27,211 nt of DNA, from assembly GCA_041742355.1 (NCBI GenBank), contig JBGSIV010000025.1:1-27211 (forward strand), in the 5' to 3' direction. This DNA comes from Candidatus Zixiibacteriota bacterium. GTDB taxonomy: Bacteria > Zixibacteria > MSB-5A5 > GN15 > FEB-12. The translations under genes and the position numbers were made by a program. Below the pieces are notes generated by a model. It searched no databases and was not told where the DNA came from. It worked only from the letters and a program-made list of their open reading frames with translations. Below are positions 1 through 9,454 of the stretch, one piece after another; the stretch's first letter is position 1; every line of letters begins with the position of its first letter.

Positions 1-573
1 ATCGCGGCGGTGGGGTTGGATCGGTCGCGAAAGATGATAGAGGTGGCGCGCCGGGCGCGGCAACCGGAAGGGCTGCCGATTCTGTACCGTCAGGGGTCGT
101 TCGAGCGACTTCCGAAGTCGCTGCACGGGGAGTTTGATCTGGTCGTGTGCCTGGCGAATTCGATCTCGGGCGTGGGGACGCTGGCGAACCTGGCGATGTC
201 GCTGAAGAACTTCCATGCTGTCCTTCGTCCGGGCGGGAGCCTGGTGCTGCAGATGCTCAACTATGCCGCGGTTGAGGAAAATACGATCCTGCCGATCAAG
301 GCGACCAGGAACGGCGATATTGTGTACGAGCGGTTCTCGGAGCGGCAGGGGAGCATCCTGTTCATTTACGTGACGCGGGCGGATTTTGGGCAGACACCGC
401 CGAAGTTCGAGGTGTTCCGGCATGCGTTCGAGAACTTCTCGCCGGAGCAGGTGCTGAAGGGAGTGGAGAAGGCGGGGTTTGCAGATATCCGTCGTTTTGC
501 CGATCTACAGTTTACGAAGAAGTTCGGGTGCCGGTCGCGTGATCTGGTCCTTACGGGCAGGCGGCGGACGTAG
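1..573 (+). CDS. Class I SAM-dependent methyltransferase, 5'-truncated by window edge
   Basis: Frame open from base 1. Motifs VGLDRS..MIE.AR, FDLVVCLANS and LRPGGSLVL; stop TAG 571-573. Confidence 0.85.
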   Translation: MAAVGLDRSRKMIEVARRARQPEGLPILYRQGSFERLPKSLHGEFDLVVCLANSISGVGTLANLAMSLKNFHAVLRPGGSLVLQMLNYAAVEENTILPIKATRNGDIVYERFSERQGSILFIYVTRADFGQTPPKFEVFRHAFENFSPEQVLKGVEKAGFADIRRFADLQFTKKFGCRSRDLVLTGRRRT

Positions 574-616
574 CGATGCAGCGAAGCCCGGAAACGGGGA
601 GGATTTTTCGACGTTT

Positions 617-2077
617 ATGAGAAGACTGCTGATAGTGATGGTGGGGTTGCTGGCCGCGGCCGGAGTGGCCGAAGCGCAGCGTTCGATACCGGCGAGGCCG
701 TCATTTGGCGCCTACCGGCAGGTCGATGATTTTCGGGTCTGGACGTTTTTGCAGAAGGACTCGGTGATCGGGACATTGACCTCGCGGGTGGATCGGGCGG
801 AGGAGATCAACGGTGCGGCCGGGTTTGCCGTTTTTGAAGAGCTGAATCTCGATTTCACGAAGGTGGGAGGAGAGCATGCGCTGTCGGTGCGCGGGGAGCA
901 CTTTGTCGCGGCCAACGGCTCCTATCTCGGAGGGGAACTCCAGTTGTCTGTCGGCGGTCAGGAGGGAACGATTGGGGTCAAGCGGCGCGGGGGGGAGTTG
1001 GTCGGCGAGGCCAGTCGAGGCGGACAGGAGCAGCAGGTTTCGCATGCGCTGCCTGCGGGGATTTTTGCGATCGACAACCACATGGCCGATCAGATAGAGC
1101 TGTACTTCGCGCTGCGGGGGTTGACCGAGGGCCAGGTGATCAACGATTCGATCTTTGTGCCGCGTGATATGCTGGTGGCTCCGATCCGGGGGCAGGTGGT
1201 CGGCTGGCAGTGGCAGGAACTCTATAAAGGGGTGTTGGATTCGGTCTTCCTGGTGCGTTTGGAGCAGCCGGCGCCGATGGAGCTGTTTATCAACCGTGCT
1301 CTCCTGCTGAGAAAGATCAATATTCCGACCCAGGACATGCGGGTGTACCTCGATGTGGTGCGTAAGGAGGAGCGGACGGGGCCGCCGCCGTTCTCGATCG
1401 GGCGGCTGGTGAAGTTGATTCCGCAGTACGTGGTGTTTGCGCTCGTGGGGCTGGTGGGAGTCGTCCTGTTTGCCAGCCGGTTCCTGCGGCAGGGGACAAT
1501 CTGGCTGGCGATGCTGGTCGGCGGGGTCGCTGTCGTGATCGTGGCGTTGGTGCAGGTGCCGTTGCAGGAGTTCCTGTTTGAGAAGCTGTACCGTCCGCGA
1601 ATGCAGGACGGGGTCGCTGCGCTGTGGGCGCTGGTGGCAGTGCTTCCGGCGGGGATTATTCAGGAGGGGCTGAAGCTGCTGGGGATCTCCGGGGTGGAGC
1701 GGATGCGCCGATTTCCGGCCCGGGCGGGCATGGCTGTGGGGGCGGCTGTCGGCGCGGGCCTTGGAGTAATCGAGGCGGGGTACATTCAGACGGTGGTTGG
1801 TGAGACGGATTTGTTCACGCTGGCGGTGCTCCAGCGGGTGCTGTTTGTGTTGTTCCACGCGACTGCGGGGGCTTTGATCGGGCGGGCGTATGAACTCGGG
1901 GGCAGGGTTCTGTGGTTGGTGCTTGCGGCGGCTGTCGCGGGCAACGCCGTGTTGCGGCTAATGCCGATGTTTCTGCAGACGGGCGGGGCCGACATGGGTC
2001 TGCTCAGTATCCTGTCGGGGATACTGGTCGTGGCGTTTATGTTGTGGGGAGTGGTGTGGCAGCGCCGGGAAGTGTAA
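617..2077 (+). CDS. Signal peptide + soluble domain fused to a PrsW/YhfC-like intramembrane metalloprotease domain
   Basis: ATG 617 gives a clean signal peptide (MRRLLIVMVGLLAAAGVAEA). The C-terminal multi-TM region has AGIIQEGLK, GAGLGVIE and LFHATAG, resembling PrsW-family motifs. Confidence 0.65.
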   Translation: MRRLLIVMVGLLAAAGVAEAQRSIPARPSFGAYRQVDDFRVWTFLQKDSVIGTLTSRVDRAEEINGAAGFAVFEELNLDFTKVGGEHALSVRGEHFVAANGSYLGGELQLSVGGQEGTIGVKRRGGELVGEASRGGQEQQVSHALPAGIFAIDNHMADQIELYFALRGLTEGQVINDSIFVPRDMLVAPIRGQVVGWQWQELYKGVLDSVFLVRLEQPAPMELFINRALLLRKINIPTQDMRVYLDVVRKEERTGPPPFSIGRLVKLIPQYVVFALVGLVGVVLFASRFLRQGTIWLAMLVGGVAVVIVALVQVPLQEFLFEKLYRPRMQDGVAALWALVAVLPAGIIQEGLKLLGISGVERMRRFPARAGMAVGAAVGAGLGVIEAGYIQTVVGETDLFTLAVLQRVLFVLFHATAGALIGRAYELGGRVLWLVLAAAVAGNAVLRLMPMFLQTGGADMGLLSILSGILVVAFMLWGVVWQRREV

Positions 2078-2092
2078 GGCACCGGTAAAGGC

Positions 2093-2133
2093 AAAAATGA
2101 ACCGGCGGCCCGAATGCGGGCAGCCGGTTTTTT
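2093..2133. terminator. Probable bidirectional intrinsic terminator
   Basis: AACCGGC-G-GCCCG-AATG-CGGGC-A-GCCGGTT hairpin, with a T-tract after and an A-tract before, between convergent genes. Confidence 0.7.
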
Positions 2134-2151
2134 CTACACAGGAAAGCGGGT

Positions 2152-2487
2152 TTAACCGCAGGAAGAACATCCACCCTTGCTGTCGCCGCAACTGCTGTTG
2201 CCGACACGAATGGTGAATCCCTGGCGCCCCGGGCCCTCGTTCAGAAAGTCGAGATGGATATCTCCGTAGTTTCGGAGAAAGTTGACCAGACCGGGGTCTA
2301 TAAACGCGGTTATACCGTTCGATTCCAGTTTGTCAAGGCCGTCCGTTGACTCTTCCAGAGCCAATCCCAAATTGGGACCGCTTCAGCCAACGCCGGCAAA
2401 CGTGACGATCAGGTTTTTTCCTTTGGCCCGGTCAGCGTCGAGAACCTTTCTCAACTCCACGCCGGCGGCTTCTGAGACCTCAAACAT
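2152..2487 (-). CDS. HesB/IscA-like selenoprotein (111 aa, Sec35)
   Basis: GAGGA RBS and ATG at 2487. Translation MFEVSEAAGVELRKVLDADRAKGKNLIVTFAGVG-[TGA 2385-2383]-SGPNLGLALEE...GFTIRVGNSSCGDSKGGCSSCG. GxG-U-xGPxLGLAL and C-terminal CxxC match HesB-like selenoproteins. Confidence 0.85.
2346..2364 (-). promoter_or_regulatory. Putative bacterial SECIS element
   Basis: UUGGCUCU-GGA-AGAGUCAA 8-bp stem. The G-first loop starts 27 nt after the in-frame UGA, fitting the bacterial SECIS model. Confidence 0.7.
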
Positions 2488-2766
2488 GCGGTGTTTCCTC
2501 ACTTACGGGTGCTGTTTTCTATTGGACTGGCCGCAATCTACAATGATTCACGAAATTGTTCATACTAATTACCTGTTCACTGGACAAGGGTTCCCCTTTT
2601 TCGGACACTTCCTGCCCGAATCGGCGTTATAAGTTACTGATGCAAAAAAACTTCACAAAAACTGCTTGTTTCGGGCGGACTGTCTCGGCATTTTAGCACG
2701 AGGTGCTGAGAAACCTGCCTCCCGGTGGGCAAGCCAAACCCCTGAGATGAAGGAATATCGCAGTCG

Positions 2767-4038
2767 ATGGCACGTCACATACTGATATTTGAGGATGCTC
2801 ACTTCGGCGATTTTGCGCCGATCAGCCTGACCCGTCCGGTCTACCTGATGCGGGCCGGGATATTTCCGCAATATGAACGGATTCGGCGGGGACTGCGAGC
2901 GGACCGTATGACCTTTATGTGCCGCAATCAGATCGCGCCGCTTCTGGCCGAGCAGATCCCGGACTTCCCGGTGAATATTATCAAGCGGGGGCAGGACGAC
3001 CTGCTGTTGGTGAATGGTCGGATTCGGGAGTTCGGCGATCTGGTTGAGCGGCTGGCCGACGAGCGTTATACGCGGGGGTTCGAGTCGAATGGGGAGCTGG
3101 TGGCGATGCTGCTCAAGGCGGAGACGCTCGAGGCGCTGCCAGCGATAGCTCCAGGTGAGGACTACCTGAAGTTCTTTGGGGCCGAGAATGAGAGTGTGCC
3201 CCGGCACAAGACGTCGGCGACGCTCTATCGGTACCCCTGGGAATTTGTCGAGGACATTGACCGGTCGATCGGGCGGGATTTCCGCGTGCTCGAGCCGGAG
3301 TTCGGGGTGCCGAACGGAGTGAAAGTGCACGATGGGGCGTTTTTCGTCAATGAGAACAACGTCTTCCTCGGTGACGGCGTGACGGTTCTACCGGGGGCGG
3401 TTATCGATGCCTCGGCGGGGCCGGTGTATATCGGCGCCAATACCCGGGTTGAACCGCACGCGGCGATCGCGGGGCCGACGTATGTCGGGCCAAACTCCGT
3501 GGTGCTGGCCGGGAAGATCACGGCATCGTCGATCGGCCACACCTGCCGGGTCGGCGGGGAGGTGGAGGAGTCGGTTTTTCAGGCGTACGTGAACAAGTAC
3601 CACGCGGGGTTTATCGGGCACAGCTACGTGGGGCAGTGGGTGAATTTCGGGGCGATGACCACGAACTCGGACCTGAAGAACAACTACTCGACGATCCGGG
3701 TGTCGGTCAACGGGGAGTCGATCGATACGGGTTCGATCAAGGTGGGGTCGCTGATCGGGGACCACACCAAATTCGGCATAGGGACACTTCTCAATACAGG
3801 GATTTCGGTAGGGGTGTGCTGTAATATTTTCGGCGGTTCGCTGGTGGCCGACAAGGATGTGCCGTCGTTTCGGTGGGGGACGACCGGGGAGTGGACCGAT
3901 TATCGGTGCGATAAGGCGGTAGAGACAGCGCAGCGGACGACCGAAAGAAGAAATGTGACACTCTCCGACCGTGAAATCGGGGTGTTGCGCGACATCGCGT
4001 CCGGCGAGCGGTCGGAAGAGGGTGTGCTGTCGCTGTGA
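2767..4038 (+). CDS. GlmU-like putative sugar nucleotidyltransferase with hexapeptide (LbH) repeats
   Basis: N-terminal FED...F.PISLTRPVY.MRAG. C-terminal LbH repeats, NKYHAGFIGHSYVGQWVNFGAMTTNSDLKNNY and KVGSLIGDHTK. Confidence 0.85.
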   Translation: MARHILIFEDAHFGDFAPISLTRPVYLMRAGIFPQYERIRRGLRADRMTFMCRNQIAPLLAEQIPDFPVNIIKRGQDDLLLVNGRIREFGDLVERLADERYTRGFESNGELVAMLLKAETLEALPAIAPGEDYLKFFGAENESVPRHKTSATLYRYPWEFVEDIDRSIGRDFRVLEPEFGVPNGVKVHDGAFFVNENNVFLGDGVTVLPGAVIDASAGPVYIGANTRVEPHAAIAGPTYVGPNSVVLAGKITASSIGHTCRVGGEVEESVFQAYVNKYHAGFIGHSYVGQWVNFGAMTTNSDLKNNYSTIRVSVNGESIDTGSIKVGSLIGDHTKFGIGTLLNTGISVGVCCNIFGGSLVADKDVPSFRWGTTGEWTDYRCDKAVETAQRTTERRNVTLSDREIGVLRDIASGERSEEGVLSL

Positions 4039-4051
4039 TCCGGCAGGCTGA

Positions 4052-4080
4052 TTGACAAGCAGGAGGGCGAGCAATATACT
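4052..4080 (+). promoter_or_regulatory. sigma70 promoter for galT-glgA
   Basis: TTGACA-N17-TATACT, 27 nt upstream of the galT ATG. Confidence 0.8.
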
Positions 4081-4107
4081 GCGGTCCTCAAGATGGAGTA
4101 AGGTGAC

Positions 4108-5154
4108 ATGCCTGAACTACGAAAAGATCCGGTGATCGGACGGTGGGTGATTATCGCCACGGAACGGGGGAAACGTCCGAGTTCATTTCAATCGGTATCG
4201 GCGCGAGGGCCGGCGCGGCTGTGTCCGTTCTGCCCGGGGGCGGAGACGAATACGCCTCGGGAGATCCTTGCGTACCGTGACACCCACAGCGAGCCGAACA
4301 AGCCGGGGTGGACGTTGCGGGTGTTCCCGAACAAATATCCGGCGCTGGTGATCGAGGGATCCCTGACGCGCGAGCCGCACGGTGTGTACGACAAGATGCA
4401 GGGGATCGGGGCGCACGAGGTGATTGTGGAGACGCCGGATCACGGGCGCGACATGGACAGCATGACAGAGAAGGAACTGCGGGATGTGTTCTGGGCGTAC
4501 CGGGAGCGGATGCTCGACCTGGAACGGGACCGTCGGTTCCGGTATATCCTCATATTCAAGAACCACGGCCAGGCGGCCGGGGCGTCATTAGAGCACTCGC
4601 ACAGCCAGCTAATCGCTACGCCGATCGTGCCGAAGAAGGTGCAGGAGGAGATCGACGGTTCGCGGAAGTACTATGATTTCAAGGAGCGGTGTGTTTTCTG
4701 CGATATCGTGCGCCAGGAGATCATGGATCAAGAACGGATAGTCACGGATTTCGATTCGTTCATCACGATCCAGCCGTTCGCGGCGCGATTCCCGTTCGAG
4801 ACGTGGCTGCTGCCGAAGACACACCAGTCGAGCTACCTGGAGATGAGCGATTCGGATTTCTGGATTCTGGCCCGTGCGGTCAAGGATATCCTCACGCGGT
4901 TGAAGCGGGCGCTCAACGATCCGCCGTTCAATTTCGTGCTGCACACGCGACCGATCTCGTCGGAACACCACCAGTACTACCACTGGCATTTTGAGATCAT
5001 ACCGAAACTGACGCGCGTGGCCGGTTTTGAATGGGGATCCGGCTTCTACATCAACCCCACCACCCCTGAAGAGGCGGCCGCGTACCTTCGCCAGATCGAT
5101 GTCAACGCGGCGCCGGAACCTGTCCACACTGAAGTGCGGGAGAAGGAAGCCTGA
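4108..5154 (+). CDS. galT: GalT-family hexose-1-phosphate nucleotidyltransferase (galactose-1-P uridylyltransferase / ADP-glucose phosphorylase type)
   Basis: MPELRKDP..GRWVIIATERGKRP, CPFCPG, NKYPAL, GAHEVIVE, GASLEHSHSQ, HWHFEIIP and AGFEWGSG. Confidence 0.92.
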   Translation: MPELRKDPVIGRWVIIATERGKRPSSFQSVSARGPARLCPFCPGAETNTPREILAYRDTHSEPNKPGWTLRVFPNKYPALVIEGSLTREPHGVYDKMQGIGAHEVIVETPDHGRDMDSMTEKELRDVFWAYRERMLDLERDRRFRYILIFKNHGQAAGASLEHSHSQLIATPIVPKKVQEEIDGSRKYYDFKERCVFCDIVRQEIMDQERIVTDFDSFITIQPFAARFPFETWLLPKTHQSSYLEMSDSDFWILARAVKDILTRLKRALNDPPFNFVLHTRPISSEHHQYYHWHFEIIPKLTRVAGFEWGSGFYINPTTPEEAAAYLRQIDVNAAPEPVHTEVREKEA

Positions 5155-5156
5155 GT

Positions 5157-6614
5157 ATGAAGGTATGTCTGGTGGGACCGGAGATGGTCCCGTTTGCGAA
5201 GACCGGAGGTCTGGGCGACGTGGTCGGGGCGCTGCCGAAGGCGCTAGGCCGGCTGGGCCACGAGGTGGCCGTGTTCGTGCCGCTGTACCGTGAGATTGAT
5301 TTCGGCGTGCATCGGGTGCATGCAGTCGACATCAACCTCACGGTGCCGGTGGACGGGCAGCTGCAGCCGGTGTCGGTGCGGGCGGTGCGCCAGAAGAAGC
5401 ACAGCGTGGATGTCTACTTTGTCGGCAACAAGCAGTATTTCGACCGGGACGGGTTCTACCTCGATCCGCTGACGGGGGTCGACCACGATGACAACGACGA
5501 ACGATTCCAGTTTTTCAACCGGGCGGTGCTCGAGCTGCTCAAGGCGATCGATTTTCGTCCGGACGTGATTCACCTGCACGACTGGCAGACGGCGCTCATC
5601 CCGGTGTATCTGCGGACGTTTTACGGGGCGGATCCGTTCTTTGCCCATACGAAGACGGTGCTGACGATTCACAACCTGGCCTACCAGGGGCAGTTCCCGG
5701 CGGAGAAGTTTTCGAAGCTGGGGTTGCCGCCGGAGTGGTTTGCGCCGGCGACAGGGGCGTTCGAGTTCTGGGGGAAAGTGAACTACCTGAAGGCGGGGAT
5801 AGTGTCCGCGGACAGGATCACCACGGTGTCGCGGCAGTACGCGAAAGAGATTCAGACGCCGGAATTCGGGGCGGGACTCGACGGCGTGTTGCAGTCGCGG
5901 GCGCGGGATGTTTTCGGTATCATCAACGGGGTTGATTACACTGTCTGGTCTCCCTCGCGGGACAAGAAGATCCGGTACACCTACCACCCGGCGAATCTGT
6001 CCGGCAAGCGGATGAATAAGGTGGAGCTTTTGAATCGGGCGGGGATGCCGATTCGGGACAACGCCCCGTTGATCGGGATCATCTCGCGGCTGGTCGACCA
6101 GAAGGGGTGGGATCTGATCGCGGAAGCGGCGGACGAGATCTTTGCGATGAACGTGCAGCTGGTGGTGCTGGGAACCGGGGAACCTAGGTACCATGAACTG
6201 CTCAACAGCCTGCAGCAGAAGTATCCGGACCGGTGCCGGGCGTATCTGACGTTCGACGACAACCTTGCGCACATGATCGAGGCCTCGGCGGACATGTTCC
6301 TGATGCCGTCGCAGTTCGAGCCGTGCGGCCTGAACCAGATGTACTCGCTGAAATACGGGACGGTGCCGATTGTCCGCCGCGTGGGTGGTCTGGCCGACAC
6401 GGTGATCGATTACAACGAGTCGACGTGTGAGGGGACGGGGTTCGTGTTCGAGGAGTACAGTGCGGAGGCGATGCTCGCGGCGATTCGGCGGGCGGTGCGG
6501 CTGTTCGATCGGAAGCGGGCGTGGACGGGCGTCATGAAGGCGGGGATGAAGCAGGATTTCTCCTGGCAGTACACGGCCGAGCAGTACGCGGAGCTGTTTG
6601 CGCAGATCCAGTGA
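5157..6614 (+). CDS. glgA: Glycogen synthase (GT5)
   Basis: PFAKTGGLGDV, HLHDWQT, TIHNLAYQG, SRLVDQKG, MPSQFEPCGLNQMYSLKYGTVP and VGGLADTV. Confidence 0.96.
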   Translation: MKVCLVGPEMVPFAKTGGLGDVVGALPKALGRLGHEVAVFVPLYREIDFGVHRVHAVDINLTVPVDGQLQPVSVRAVRQKKHSVDVYFVGNKQYFDRDGFYLDPLTGVDHDDNDERFQFFNRAVLELLKAIDFRPDVIHLHDWQTALIPVYLRTFYGADPFFAHTKTVLTIHNLAYQGQFPAEKFSKLGLPPEWFAPATGAFEFWGKVNYLKAGIVSADRITTVSRQYAKEIQTPEFGAGLDGVLQSRARDVFGIINGVDYTVWSPSRDKKIRYTYHPANLSGKRMNKVELLNRAGMPIRDNAPLIGIISRLVDQKGWDLIAEAADEIFAMNVQLVVLGTGEPRYHELLNSLQQKYPDRCRAYLTFDDNLAHMIEASADMFLMPSQFEPCGLNQMYSLKYGTVPIVRRVGGLADTVIDYNESTCEGTGFVFEEYSAEAMLAAIRRAVRLFDRKRAWTGVMKAGMKQDFSWQYTAEQYAELFAQIQ

Positions 6615-6787
6615 GGTGGAGCGGCAGCGCCCGAATGCGCTGCCGGGAGCCCGAAATAATCATCCGGCCGCCTGCCCAGGGCGGCCGCTTTGCAAGATGG
6701 GCCCGCAGAGGCTGAACGCGGGATATACGGCCGGCAGGATTGTGTTGGGAAATCCGGCGGGGCTGATTATATATAGTTGAAAAGACA

Positions 6788-8713
6788 GTGGCATCACCCG
6801 GACAGTATACATTGAATACAAAGCAGACGTCTCGCTCAGAACTACTCTGGTTCCTCCCGGCGCTCGTTGTCTACGGGCTTCTGGCGTGGCATTTCCAGTT
6901 TGTTCAGGATGACGCGTACATCTCCTACCGGTACGTGGCCAACTTCCTCAACGGGGACGGCCTGGTGTTCAATATCGGGGAGCGCGTGGAGGGGTACACC
7001 AACCACGGCTGGGTGATTCTGCTGTCGCTGTTCGGAGCGCTGGGGATTGATTTCGTTGTTGTGTCGCGGGTGCTGGGGGTGCTCTGCGGCGCGGGAGTCG
7101 TCTTATTGGCGTGGCGGATCGGACGGCGGATTTTCGAATCAGGGGAGCAGGTCCTGCAGGTGCTCCCGGCGTATGTTGCGGCGGCGACGTTGTCGCTGGC
7201 GTACTGGGCCCCGGCGGGACTTGAAACGGCGGCATTCGTGCTGGCGGCGACGGCCAGCCTGCACTGGTATCTCACCCGGAGCCGGTTGCTGGTGCTCGGG
7301 CTGGTGATGGCGGTGTGGCTGCGGCCGGAGGGGGCGTTGGTGGCGCTGCTGCTGCTGATTGTCGAAGCGGTGGTGGAGCGCCGGGCGCCGTGGTTCAGCC
7401 TCGGGGCGGGCGTGCTGGCGTTTGTGCTGTCGTTGCCTATGGTCGGATTCAAGATTTCCTACTATGGATCGATACTGCCCAATCCATTCTATGCCAAGAC
7501 CGGGTGGGATGGGGAGCAGTTTGTCTCCGGGCTGGAGTATATCGGTGAGTTCTTCTCGCACTATCCGCTGGCGGCGCTGGGGATGATAGGGGCGGTGCTA
7601 TTGTACCGCAGACTGGAAGCGCCCGCGCGAGGTGTTCTGGTGTTTGTCGTGCTGTACCTCGTGTATGTGGCGGCGGTCGGCGGAGACGTGCTGAAGGTGC
7701 ATCGGTTCCTGCTGCCGGTGGTGGCGCCGCTGGCCGTGCTGTTTGCAGTGACGGTGGCGCAGGTGATTTCTGCGGTGGCGGCGCTGCGACGGATGGGTAC
7801 GGTCGTAGTCGTGGTTGTCGGATTGGCGGCGATGGCGGTGACCGGGCTGGTACCGTGGCAGTATGCCGCTCAATACAATCATCTCGAGAAGGCCTTTGTC
7901 CGCAAGATGGGACTGATGGCGGAGAAGATTCAGGCCTCGGACTCCACGGCGTTTTCAGTGGCAGTGGCGACAATCGGCGTGTTCGGGTACAAGCTGCTCG
8001 GTCACGACATTATCGACATGGTCGGATTGACCGATTCGACCATTGCCCGGCATCCGGAGGAGCCGACCCCGGGGATCGTGTCGACGTGGAAGGAGCGCAG
8101 TTACAACGCGGCGTACATACTGAAGCGGGCGCCGGAGTACATACTCTTTTCGACGGGGAACAAGCCCTCGGCGCCCGCCGAGCTGGTTTTGACGCTCTAT
8201 CCGCAGTTTCAGGAAGCGTACCGTACGACCTCGTGGTTCATCAGCCCGCCGGGGGAGACGGAGGGCATGCTGCAGAGTGTGTTCAAGAAGGTGCGGGAGA
8301 TCCGCGGCGAGTTGCGGCCGACATACCCGGCGGAATTCGTGCTGGAGTACAAACGGGGCGTCGAGGCCTTCCATTCGGGGGATGTTTCCGGCGCGCTCAC
8401 GCACTACAACCGCGCGCTGGCGGTATCACCCAAGCCTTACTATGTGTACACGGTATATCGCAAAGCCGAGGCGCATCTCCGACTGCGGCAGGTCGATGAG
8501 GCGCTCCGATATATGGAATGGCTGGTGAAAGAGGATCCGTGGGTGACCGATGCGCATCGGGATCTGTACCTGTACTATGCCCTGCAGGGGGATCAGGCAA
8601 AGGCGGCCGAGCACCGGATGTGGGTCGAGAAGATGATGCCGTGGTATATGCCGCGGATGGATTCGCTGGTGGCCAAGCAGGTGGCGGCGGCGCGGCAGGC
8701 GGGAGCCCGGTAA
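6788..8713 (+). CDS. GT-C-fold-like polytopic membrane protein (arabinofuranosyltransferase-like) with C-terminal TPR region
   Basis: QDDAYISYRY..NF..G.GLVFN.GERVEGYT, RPEG, PNPFYAK and DMVGLTD motifs; many TM helices; TPR-like helical C-terminus. Confidence 0.75.
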   Translation: MASPGQYTLNTKQTSRSELLWFLPALVVYGLLAWHFQFVQDDAYISYRYVANFLNGDGLVFNIGERVEGYTNHGWVILLSLFGALGIDFVVVSRVLGVLCGAGVVLLAWRIGRRIFESGEQVLQVLPAYVAAATLSLAYWAPAGLETAAFVLAATASLHWYLTRSRLLVLGLVMAVWLRPEGALVALLLLIVEAVVERRAPWFSLGAGVLAFVLSLPMVGFKISYYGSILPNPFYAKTGWDGEQFVSGLEYIGEFFSHYPLAALGMIGAVLLYRRLEAPARGVLVFVVLYLVYVAAVGGDVLKVHRFLLPVVAPLAVLFAVTVAQVISAVAALRRMGTVVVVVVGLAAMAVTGLVPWQYAAQYNHLEKAFVRKMGLMAEKIQASDSTAFSVAVATIGVFGYKLLGHDIIDMVGLTDSTIARHPEEPTPGIVSTWKERSYNAAYILKRAPEYILFSTGNKPSAPAELVLTLYPQFQEAYRTTSWFISPPGETEGMLQSVFKKVREIRGELRPTYPAEFVLEYKRGVEAFHSGDVSGALTHYNRALAVSPKPYYVYTVYRKAEAHLRLRQVDEALRYMEWLVKEDPWVTDAHRDLYLYYALQGDQAKAAEHRMWVEKMMPWYMPRMDSLVAKQVAAARQAGAR

Positions 8714-8822
8714 GGGGGGAGCGGAAAAAGTCAAGCCGTCCGGCCCGGAATGGAAGGGATCCCGGGAATAATCGTGGGGGAACCCCCCGGGCCGGTTCGG
8801 CATACAAATTTTGTCAAAGGTA

Positions 8823-8851
8823 TTGACAAGGTCCCGGTTGAATATTACTAT
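8823..8851 (+). promoter_or_regulatory. sigma70 promoter of tRNA pair
   Basis: TTGACA-N17-TACTAT with an AT-rich upstream region. Confidence 0.8.
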
Positions 8852-8869
8852 TAGGGGCCTTGTGATAAA

Positions 8870-8947
<78 letters not shown>

Positions 8948-8954
8948 TCTTGAT

Positions 8955-9026
8955 GGCGGCATAGCCAAGTGGTAAGGCGGAGGTCTGCAAAACCTCTATT
9001 CCCCGGTTCAAATCCGGGTGCCGCCT
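8955..9026 (+). tRNA. tRNA-Cys (GCA)
   Basis: GGCGGCA/TGCCGCC acceptor stem, anticodon GCA at 8987-8989, T-loop GGTTCAAATCC. CCA not encoded; followed by a T-tract. Confidence 0.97.
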
Positions 9027-9454
9027 TTTTTTTGTGCCTGCCGCCCAACTCCCTCCGGTCAATCGATGGCAAGAGCCTCAGTACTTTGGCCTGCAGCAAG
9101 TTTCCATGTCCCCCTCGGATACTGGCAGAAGCGGTCGTGGAATGGCCCCTGTTGTCGCAAATCGACGGCCTGTTGCCGGGCCCCAATCCGGTAAGAGGGT
9201 TCGGGAGCAGACAAGCAGCGAGGTGATGTTGCCGGGATTCTGTGCGGCTGCTGTGTGTCCGGCGTGGGTGCCAAACATAGATAACTGCCCGGGATGAGCC
9301 GGGCTGCGCATGTTCAGTCGGTTTATGTCGGGCTGGCGCCCTTCATGGAGCGTTGTCAGGGCAGCTACAAGGGGGCTCCGACGCAGCCAGGTCAGGGTAG
9401 CCTGCCGTGCGAGCGGCCGTGTGAGTAGTCACGCCCCGGCCGGCATCCGATCGG

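Noticed and set aside
2546..2565. Rex-like box upstream of the selenoprotein gene
   Set aside because: Only a partial match to TTGTGAA-N4-TTCACAA in AT-rich promoter DNA.
2695..2760. TPP-riboswitch-like GGTGCTGAGA before the GlmU-like gene
   Set aside because: Lacks the CCTGA..GG.TAATGCC.GCG.AGG half of the aptamer.
9027..9454. Possible gene, integrase remnant or att site after tRNA-Cys
   Set aside because: No ORF with RBS or motifs, and no repeat of the tRNA 3' end noticed elsewhere in the window.
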